In this document: positions 16,110 to 23,336 of the stretch, piece after piece
How positions within the stretch are numbered: position 1 is the stretch's first letter
Layout of the letters: each line of letters opens with the position of its first letter
Origin: Corynebacterium glutamicum ATCC 13032
GTDB lineage: Bacteria > Actinomycetota > Actinomycetes > Mycobacteriales > Mycobacteriaceae
Length of the DNA: 32,000 nt
Assembly: GCF_000011325.1 (NCBI RefSeq)
Contig: NC_003450.3
Coordinates: 1,050,001-1,082,000, forward strand
Direction: 5' to 3'
Translations under genes and position numbers: made by a program
Notes under the pieces: generated by a model
Database searches by the model: none
What the model saw: only the letters and a program-made list of their open reading frames with translations
What the model was told of the DNA's origin: nothing

Positions 16110-17573
16110 ATGGCCACGGCCGAGAACACAACACAGGAGAATCGGAAAATCCTGTTCAACGCATTTGATATGAACTGCGTTGCGCATCAGTCCCCAGGAC
16201 TGTGGACACACCCGAAGGATAAGGCGCGAGACTACAACACTCTTGATTACTGGGTGCACCTTGCCAAGACTTTGGAGAAGGGCCTTTTCGACGGCCTTTT
16301 CATCGCAGATGTGCTTGGAACTTACGATGTTTATGGTTCTAGTAATGAAGCGGCGTTGAGCAGTGGTGCGCAGGTGCCTGTCAATGATCCGATCCTTCTT
16401 GTTTCTGCGATGGCCTATGCCACAAAGAACCTCGGGTTTGGCATTACTGCAGGTACTGCCTATGAGCACCCGTATCCTTTTGCGCGGCGTCTGGCCACAC
16501 TTGATCACCTGACTAATGGGCGTGTGGGGTGGAATGTGGTTACTGGCTATCTTCCCTCTGCTGCTCAAAACATGGGTGACACCGATCAGCTGCCACATGA
16601 TGAGCGCTATGACAAAGCAGATGAATACCTGGAAGTGATCTACAAGCTTCTCGAGGGCTCCTGGGAAGACGATGCTGTTCAAAACAATACGGAGACGAGT
16701 GTCTTTACGGACTCCTCCAAAGTGCACGCCATTAATCATCATGGCAAGTACTTTGATGTGCCGGGCATTGCCATCACTGAGCCGAGTGTGCAGCGTACGC
16801 CGGTGATCTACCAGGCGGGTGCATCGCCGCGCGGATTGAAATTCGCTGGTGAGAATGCAGAAGCAGTGTTTATCAATTCCAGCACCGTGGAGGCAATCAC
16901 CAAGACTGTCGCAAAAATTCGCGCTGCTGCGGTCGCTGCGGGACGTGATCCACATGCGGTGAAGATCTTTGCGATGCAAACCATCATCACTGGTGAAACA
17001 GAAGCAGATGCGCAGGCAAAGCTGGAGGAATACAGTCGCTATATCGATCCTGTCGGTGGTCTGACCTTGATGTCTGGATGGACCGGCGCGGATCTGTCGC
17101 AGTATGACCTGGATGAACCGATCACCAATATTGAGTCAAACGCTATTCAGTCCACTGCAGCCACCATTAGCAACGGCACCGGTGAAGGTGCGTGGACGGT
17201 ACGCAAACTGGGTGAGGCAACCGGCATCGGCGGCTTCGGACCAGTGCTTGTGGGATCTGGCGCTAACGTTGCCGCGGAACTTGCACGCATCCAGGATCTC
17301 AGCGATGTTGATGGTTTCAACCTTGCTTATGCCATCACCCCAGGAACTTTTGAAGATGTCGTGGACTTTGTGGTGCCTGAGCTGCAAAAACTTAGCCGCT
17401 ACAAGACGGAATACGCGCCGGGTTCCTTGCGCAACAAATTGCTCGGTAAAGGTGATCGCCTGGACGATACCCACCGCGGCGCAAGCTACCGCCTAGGCGC
17501 TCGGAACTCCACCGCCACTATTGATCTCAGTTCCATATCCGCCCAACTAGTTTCCCAGGGAGCCCACTCATGA
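16110..17573 (+). CDS. seuA: FMNH2-dependent monooxygenase, NtaA/SnaA/DszA (luciferase-like) family; sulfonate-ester utilisation
   Basis: MATAENTTQENRKILFNAFDMNCVAHQSPGLWTHP...DYWVHLAKTLEKGLFDGLFIADVLG is the DszA/NtaA-type N terminus. AAGGAG lies 6 nt upstream of ATG 16110; the track ORF starts at 16083. Confidence 0.88.
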   Translation: MATAENTTQENRKILFNAFDMNCVAHQSPGLWTHPKDKARDYNTLDYWVHLAKTLEKGLFDGLFIADVLGTYDVYGSSNEAALSSGAQVPVNDPILLVSAMAYATKNLGFGITAGTAYEHPYPFARRLATLDHLTNGRVGWNVVTGYLPSAAQNMGDTDQLPHDERYDKADEYLEVIYKLLEGSWEDDAVQNNTETSVFTDSSKVHAINHHGKYFDVPGIAITEPSVQRTPVIYQAGASPRGLKFAGENAEAVFINSSTVEAITKTVAKIRAAAVAAGRDPHAVKIFAMQTIITGETEADAQAKLEEYSRYIDPVGGLTLMSGWTGADLSQYDLDEPITNIESNAIQSTAATISNGTGEGAWTVRKLGEATGIGGFGPVLVGSGANVAAELARIQDLSDVDGFNLAYAITPGTFEDVVDFVVPELQKLSRYKTEYAPGSLRNKLLGKGDRLDDTHRGASYRLGARNSTATIDLSSISAQLVSQGAHS

Positions 17574-18652
17574 TCTCACCGCAAACAATCATCGACAATC
17601 TTGCTCCAGTCCTCGCGGAGATCGCAGCAACGGCTGCGCAGCGCGAACAGGATCGAGAATTCAGCCGTGATTTGGCAAAGCAGCTTAGTGCCGGTGGGTT
17701 CACTAAACTCCGCATTCCAGTTGAATTTGGCGGTTTGGGTTTTAGCCTTCCAGAAGCATTTGAGGTGCTGGTGGCAGCGGCCGCTGCAGATTCAAATATC
17801 GCGCAGGGATTGCGGCCTCACTTCTTGGCAGTGGAGAGCTTATTGATCGCTCCTTATTCAGAGCACCGCACCAAGTGGCTGCGAAAAATCGCTGAGAAAG
17901 GCGTGGTCATTGGCAATGCGTTGACTGAAGTGGGAAACAAGCCAGGTGAGCTGAAAACCAAGATCCGAAAGGAAGGCGAGTCTTACGTTCTCAGCGACAC
18001 CAAGTTCTATTCCACGGGCAGTCTTTACGCCGACTGGATTCAAGTACATGCGAAAGATGAGGAAGATCAAGATGTTTTCGCCTTTGTTGATCGCGACGCA
18101 TCAGGCGTTGTTTTGGTGGATTACTGGGACGAATTTGGGCAACAACTATTTGCCTCCGGAACCAGCTTCTTTGAAAAAGTCGTGGTAGATCCACTGGACA
18201 TTGTCACCCGTGATTACACCGCACCCAGCGCTTTCCAGGCGCTGGCGCAGTCACATCATTTGTCTACGTTGACTGGTATTTCGCAGGCAATCACCCGTGA
18301 CATTGTTACCTATGTACAAAACCGCACCCGTATTTTCAGCCACGGAAGTGGTGACCTTCCACGCTTTGATCCGCAGGTGCAACAGGTGGTGGGTGAGGTG
18401 AAAGCCAAGTCGTATGCAGTCGAGAAAATCTTTCAGGGTTTCGCACAAGAACTGGATCTTGTCGTCGATAAGGCAAAAGCCGGCACTGCTACGGAGGTCG
18501 ATCTGGCCGCTGTCGACCTGAGCGCCTACCAAGCCCAGTTAGCGGTGGCACCTTTGGTGCTGAGCCAGGCCACCCAGGCCTTTGAGGTTGGCGCAGATGC
18601 CTTAAACGGCGGCCACGTGGCTGCCCAATACACGATCGGATCCTTGTCATGA
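17570..18652 (+). CDS. seuB: Acyl-CoA-dehydrogenase-fold monooxygenase (DszC/SfnB-like), short form
   Basis: ATGA overlap with seuA. It is clearly paralogous to the next gene (shared ADSNIAQ.LR.HF, TKFY.TG, D.W..FGQ.L.ASGT..F) but is 39 aa shorter at the C terminus. Confidence 0.85.
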   Translation: MISPQTIIDNLAPVLAEIAATAAQREQDREFSRDLAKQLSAGGFTKLRIPVEFGGLGFSLPEAFEVLVAAAAADSNIAQGLRPHFLAVESLLIAPYSEHRTKWLRKIAEKGVVIGNALTEVGNKPGELKTKIRKEGESYVLSDTKFYSTGSLYADWIQVHAKDEEDQDVFAFVDRDASGVVLVDYWDEFGQQLFASGTSFFEKVVVDPLDIVTRDYTAPSAFQALAQSHHLSTLTGISQAITRDIVTYVQNRTRIFSHGSGDLPRFDPQVQQVVGEVKAKSYAVEKIFQGFAQELDLVVDKAKAGTATEVDLAAVDLSAYQAQLAVAPLVLSQATQAFEVGADALNGGHVAAQYTIGSLS

Positions 18653-19848
18653 GCCAAGAAATTTTGAGCCATTTTGCACCCGCATTAGAGCGCATTCGAA
18701 GCGGCGCCGTCGAGCGCGAACAGCAGCGCGCCTTGCCAGTGGAAGAGATTAAAGAGCTGGTAGAGCTAGGTTTTACTGGGCTTCGAGTGCCCGAAGAACT
18801 AGGCGGTGCGGGCGCTTCCCTGGAAAGCGTAGTTGAGTTACTGATCGAGATCGCGGGCGCCGATTCCAATATCGCCCAAGCCCTGCGCGGACATTTTGCC
18901 TTCGTGGAACTACTCCTGGAAGCGCCGGAGAGCGAATTCCGCACCCATTGGCTGCGCGAAGTCGCCACCGGAAGACTTGTGGGCAACGCCGAAAGTGAGA
19001 AACGCGGCGTTTACGGCGATCCGCAGACCTTCATCGATGAGGTGGAGACTGAAAACGGACCGATTTTCGTGCTCAACGGCACTAAGTTTTATACCACCGG
19101 CACCTATTTTGCGGACTACACCTGGACCACCGCGCTGCTGCGCAACCTCAACGGCCAAGAAACTTTGGTCAGTTTGCCGGTCGATCTGCACGCGCCGGGC
19201 GTGGATGTTGTTGATGATTGGAGCGGGTTTGGGCAAAAGCTCACCGCCTCTGGAACGACCACGTTTAAAGACCTGGAGGTGGATCCGCGGTGGATCATTC
19301 CACGCACTGATGCGCCCACGCTGGTGTGGACGTATCTGCAGCTGAGCCTGCTGACCGTGCTGGTTGGCAGTGCCGCAGCAGCTGTCGATGAGGTGGTTGC
19401 CCGCGCCCAATCCTCCACCAGAAATGCGTGGAACCCTGGCGTCGAGCGCCGCAGCGATCCGGCCGCAACCATAGCGATCGGCGACGCACGCAGCCGAGTC
19501 ACCGTTATTCGTGGAGCGCTTCTCGACGCCACCCGCCACGTTTCCAACGCCGCCACGATCGTAACCCCCGAAGCCTTCAACGAGGCGGACGCTATTGTTG
19601 CAGCGCTCTGGCCCATCGTCTCCGGACAAGCTTTGGTGGTGACATCCAACGTTTTCGATGCGGTGGGTGCATCTGCAGTGCTTGGTGAGCATTCCATTGA
19701 TCGCCACTGGCGCAATGTGCGTACCGTGTCCTCAAACAACCCGGTGTTCCTGGCCAAGAATGCAGTGGGGGAGTATGCCCTCAACGGCACTCCTGTGGGT
19801 ACCAACATTGGTAAAGCACTGAGCCGTCCGGTGAGCCTAAGCAGCTAG
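18649..19848 (+). CDS. seuC: Acyl-CoA-dehydrogenase-fold monooxygenase (DszC/SfnB-like)
   Basis: ATGA overlap with seuB. 399 aa, with a complete C-terminal helical domain that includes IDRHWRNVRT. Confidence 0.85.
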   Translation: MSQEILSHFAPALERIRSGAVEREQQRALPVEEIKELVELGFTGLRVPEELGGAGASLESVVELLIEIAGADSNIAQALRGHFAFVELLLEAPESEFRTHWLREVATGRLVGNAESEKRGVYGDPQTFIDEVETENGPIFVLNGTKFYTTGTYFADYTWTTALLRNLNGQETLVSLPVDLHAPGVDVVDDWSGFGQKLTASGTTTFKDLEVDPRWIIPRTDAPTLVWTYLQLSLLTVLVGSAAAAVDEVVARAQSSTRNAWNPGVERRSDPAATIAIGDARSRVTVIRGALLDATRHVSNAATIVTPEAFNEADAIVAALWPIVSGQALVVTSNVFDAVGASAVLGEHSIDRHWRNVRTVSSNNPVFLAKNAVGEYALNGTPVGTNIGKALSRPVSLSS

Positions 19849-19934
19849 ACGTGTGATTTCGCTGGTTTTTAGATGGTTTTCAAGCCAGCGAGACCACATT
19901 AGTTTCACGCTGGTTGAAACCTTTGAGATCAATA

Positions 19935-19950
19935 TAGACCGTGTGGTCTA
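19935..19950. promoter_or_regulatory. McbR-type operator (TAGAC-N6-GTCTA) upstream of ssuD2
   Basis: Exact match TAGAC-CGTGTG-GTCTA, ending 8 nt before ATG 19959. It is embedded in an A/T-rich -10-like stretch (CAATATAG). Confidence 0.7.
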
Positions 19951-19958
19951 CTCGAGGA

Positions 19959-21137
19959 ATGAGTGAAAACAATCCCACTACCTTGCACTGGTTCCTACCC
20001 ACCTATGGCGATTCTCGCGGAATCACAGCCGGCGGGCATGGCTTCGGCTTCCACTCCGGAAGCCGGACAGCAGACCTCGATTACCTCTCCCAAATTGCCC
20101 TGGCCGCTGAACGAAACGGTTTTGAATCCGTCCTGACTCCCACTGGATTGTGGTGCGAAGATGCGTGGATCACCACCGCAGCGCTGCTGTCTAGGACATC
20201 AAAACTGAAATTCCTCGTTGCTATTCGACCAGGCCAAGTTAGCCCCACCATCATCGCGCAGCAGGGTGCTGCCTTCCAGAAATTCTCAAATAACCGCCTG
20301 CTCATCAACGTCGTGGTGGGTGGCGAAGACCATGAACAGCGCGCTTTCGCTGATTATTCTTCCAAAGAGGAGCGCTACCACAAGGCTGATGAAACCTTAG
20401 AGATCATCGATCACCTATGGAACAGCGCAGAACCTCTAAATTTCCAGGGTGAATTCCTCAGTGTGGAAAACGCGGTATTGAAGGAACAGCCCGAGGTTTC
20501 CCCACCGATTTACTTTGGCGGATCCTCACAACTCGGCATCGAAATCGCAGCCCAACATTCCGATGTTTATCTCACCTGGGGTGAACCTGCGGAAAAGGTA
20601 GAGGAGAAGCTTGCCCGGGTGCGCGCCGAAGCAGATAAGCGAAACCGCGAACTAGACTATGGCATCCGCCTGCATGTCATTGCTCGACCAACTGAGGATG
20701 AAGCCTGGTCAGTGGCTCAAAATCTTCTTGACCAACTTGATCAGGAAGAGGTTGCCCGCATTCAGGAAGGGCTTGCGCGTTCTCAATCGGAAGGTCAGCG
20801 TCGCATGACGGAACTTCATGGACAAGGGGCAGCATTCACAGCAGGAGCAGATGCTCGCTCCCTTGAAATTGCACCGAATCTCTGGGCAGGTGTTGGGCTA
20901 GTCCGCGGTGGCGCCGGCACAGCGTTGGTGGGTTCCTATGAGCAAGTCGCGCAAGCAATTTTGCGATACCGCGATATTGGTCTGAGCCACTTCATTTTCT
21001 CCGGCTATCCACATTTGGAGGAAACCTATCACGTGGGCGAAGGAGTGGTACCTGAGCTCCTCAAATTGGGTGTTCCGGTGAACAACCATGAAGAACAACG
21101 CAACGACGTGGTAGCGACTCCGTTTATTTCCAGATAG
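19959..21137 (+). CDS. ssuD2: FMNH2-dependent alkanesulfonate monooxygenase
   Basis: MSENNPTTLHWFLPTYGDSRG... matches the SsuD N terminus (compare E. coli ...FWFLPTHGD). The body is luciferase-like. The track ORF begins at GTG 19941, inside the operator. Confidence 0.88.
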   Translation: MSENNPTTLHWFLPTYGDSRGITAGGHGFGFHSGSRTADLDYLSQIALAAERNGFESVLTPTGLWCEDAWITTAALLSRTSKLKFLVAIRPGQVSPTIIAQQGAAFQKFSNNRLLINVVVGGEDHEQRAFADYSSKEERYHKADETLEIIDHLWNSAEPLNFQGEFLSVENAVLKEQPEVSPPIYFGGSSQLGIEIAAQHSDVYLTWGEPAEKVEEKLARVRAEADKRNRELDYGIRLHVIARPTEDEAWSVAQNLLDQLDQEEVARIQEGLARSQSEGQRRMTELHGQGAAFTAGADARSLEIAPNLWAGVGLVRGGAGTALVGSYEQVAQAILRYRDIGLSHFIFSGYPHLEETYHVGEGVVPELLKLGVPVNNHEEQRNDVVATPFISR

Positions 21138-21426
21138 ATCACGGATCGGCTGCTTTAGCAGAGGCAAAAGCCGGGATTCAGTTGGTGCGGCTTCCAGAGG
21201 TTGTCACAAACCGTCTTATATGACCAACGGCCAGGAGATGTGAGGTTGGTCGGTCACCTAGTTTGGTCGGTGCTTGGACGCCAGAAAAACTGGCCGGGCC
21301 CCACCAAAAGTGACCTCTCAGATTCGCCTCTAAGCGCCCAAAGCCCTGAACCATACAAATACTCAATCTTGATCTTCGACCTCTTAAATCGCATTTGCAC
21401 TGGCATCCCTCGTAGGGATCCCCAAG

Positions 21427-21461
21427 CAAAAAACCGCCGACCACAATGGCCGGCGGTTTTT
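21427..21461. terminator. Bidirectional rho-independent terminator (long ssuD2 3' region / glpX)
   Basis: AAAAAAACCGCCG-ACCACAATGGC-CGGCGGTTTTT, a GC stem flanked by A- and T-runs. It ends 15 nt from the glpX stop (21476). Confidence 0.8.
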
Positions 21462-21475
21462 CGAACTAAGAGCTC

Positions 21476-22483
21476 TTAGGTCGCGGTGGTGTAGTCAACC
21501 ACGGAGTATTCCTGCAGCTTGGACAGCTGGTGGACAGACTCGATGTGGCGGATGGTGCCTGACTTTGCGCGCATAACCAGGGAACGGGTGGTTGCGCCGT
21601 TTGCGCGGTAGGAAACGCCACGGAGCATGTCACCGTTGGTCACACCGGTTGCCACGAAGTAGCAGTTGTCGGAGCTCACCAGATCGTTGGTGTGCAGAAC
21701 CTGATCAAGAACCAGACCAGCGTCGTGTGCCTTCTGGCGCTCGAAATCGTTCATTGGGGCCAGGATGCCCTGGATTTCGCCACCCATGCACTTCATGGCG
21801 CACGCAGTGATGATGCCTTCTGGGGTTCCGCCGGTGCCCATCATGATGTCCACGGAGTTGGAATCCTGAGCTGCTGCAACTGCACCTGCAACGTCGCCGT
21901 CGGAGATGAGACGAACCTTTGCGCCTGCACGACGAATGTCTGCGATCAGTTCGATGTGGCGAGGACGGTCAAGCACGACAACGGTGACGTCGGAAGGGTT
22001 GATTCCCTTGGACTTTGCCACCGCGTTGATGTTGTGGGCAACTGGAGCTTCGATGTCGATCTTGCCTGCGGCCTCAGGTCCCACGGCGATCTTCTTCATG
22101 TAGAAGACGGAGGATGGATCGTACATGGTGCCACGCTCTGCAGCTGCGAGAATGGAAATTGCGTTGGGGCGACCCTCAGCCATCAGGGTGGTGCCGTCAA
22201 CTGGGTCAACTGCGATATCAACCTCAGGTCCAAAGCCGGTTCCGACCTCTTCGCCGTTGTACAGCATTGGAGCTTCGTCTTTTTCGCCCTCGCCGATAAC
22301 AACGACGCCCTTCATGGTCACTGAGTTGATGAGCTGGCGCATGGCGTCAACAGCGGCACCGTCGCCTTCATTCTTCATGCCACGTCCAACCCAACGTCCA
22401 GAAGCCAGTGCAGCTGCTTCCGTAACTCGCACCAGCTCCATAGCAAGGTTACGGTCTGGCGTTTCGGGGTTCTTTAGGTTCAT
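21476..22483 (-). CDS. glpX: Class II fructose-1,6-bisphosphatase
   Basis: GlpX pattern ([63 protein letters not shown]). Start set at ATG 22483 ([10 protein letters not shown]..., AGGAGG 8 nt upstream), giving 335 aa. Confidence 0.93.
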   Translation of the reverse strand: MNLKNPETPDRNLAMELVRVTEAAALASGRWVGRGMKNEGDGAAVDAMRQLINSVTMKGVVVIGEGEKDEAPMLYNGEEVGTGFGPEVDIAVDPVDGTTLMAEGRPNAISILAAAERGTMYDPSSVFYMKKIAVGPEAAGKIDIEAPVAHNINAVAKSKGINPSDVTVVVLDRPRHIELIADIRRAGAKVRLISDGDVAGAVAAAQDSNSVDIMMGTGGTPEGIITACAMKCMGGEIQGILAPMNDFERQKAHDAGLVLDQVLHTNDLVSSDNCYFVATGVTNGDMLRGVSYRANGATTRSLVMRAKSGTIRHIESVHQLSKLQEYSVVDYTTAT

Positions 22484-22675
22484 CTGAAGGGCCTCCTGGG
22501 GCACTTGATCTGACCTGGTTACGTGGGTTGCACGTATCTAGGCGCATTATAAATGTATCGGCGCTTGGGCTGTATCAACCCGCACGTCATCTATTGTTGC
22601 ACTTTTGTGCCCGGAATTTTGGATTCTGGACACCCAAAAGGGGGTTTCGTACCAAACTCGTGACATACTAGGCGG

Positions 22676-23248
22676 GTGGCTGAGAAACGACCGAAAATTT
22701 TTGATGGCAGTCGAGACATGATTATCTCGTTGGTAGTCTCCGCGATCATCATGTTGGTAGCGGTGGGATTCACGGGAATGTGTTCTTTCAATACAGGATC
22801 CCCTGAAAATGGGCAGGTACCTGAAGTTGATGCTTCCACTTTTATGTCAATGGAAGCGCGCGCAATGACTGATCATGCAACTAGGTTGCCGGAAACTCCT
22901 GAAGGCTGGACCACAAATTCAGCTCGACGCACCATGGTGGATGACACCCCGGCATCTGTAGTTGGATATGTCACCGCAGATGAGGGCTATATTCAGCTCA
23001 CTCAAACTGGTGAAACCGTTGAGGATGCTGTGGCTGGTTATGATACTCGCTGGCGTGATCTTTCTGAGTCTTATGATCTTGATGGCCACGACGTGGGAAT
23101 TTACACCTCACAGGAATCTGATGTGCGTGATCTGCGTGTGATGGATCTGGGCGATGCCCGCGTCATGGTCTCGGGTGCTGCTACCGATGAAGAATTCAAT
23201 GATCTGCTTCGCGCAGTTGCGAATTCGGAGCCACTGCCTACCAATTAA
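22676..23248 (+). CDS. DUF4245-like membrane-anchored protein (conserved actinobacterial neighbour of glpX)
   Basis: GTG start, one N-terminal TM segment (MIISLVVSAIIMLVAVGFTGMC), then a soluble domain. The position divergent from glpX matches mycobacterial synteny as I recall it. Confidence 0.7.
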   Translation: MAEKRPKIFDGSRDMIISLVVSAIIMLVAVGFTGMCSFNTGSPENGQVPEVDASTFMSMEARAMTDHATRLPETPEGWTTNSARRTMVDDTPASVVGYVTADEGYIQLTQTGETVEDAVAGYDTRWRDLSESYDLDGHDVGIYTSQESDVRDLRVMDLGDARVMVSGAATDEEFNDLLRAVANSEPLPTN

Positions 23249-23290
23249 GAATTGGTCGAACCACCAAAGGTTTGTGAATTAAATATAGAA

Positions 23291-23320
23291 AGTCCGGTGA
23301 CTCTACACAGTCACCGGACT
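23291..23320. terminator. Bidirectional rho-independent terminator
   Basis: AGTCCGGTGACT-CTACAC-AGTCACCGGACT (12-bp perfect stem), flanked by ATATAGAA and CTTTATCTTTT. It lies between convergent stops at 23248 and 23337. Confidence 0.85.
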
Positions 23321-23336
23321 CTTTATCTTTTAGGGC

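Noticed and set aside
16092-16979. 295-aa minus-strand ORF
   Set aside because: It is antisense to seuA, with no motifs and no SD.
18910-19808. Minus-strand ORFs of 265 and 230 aa
   Set aside because: They are antisense to seuC, overlap each other, and are Arg/Gly/Ser-rich shadow frames.
21692-22324. 210-aa plus-strand ORF
   Set aside because: It is antisense to glpX.
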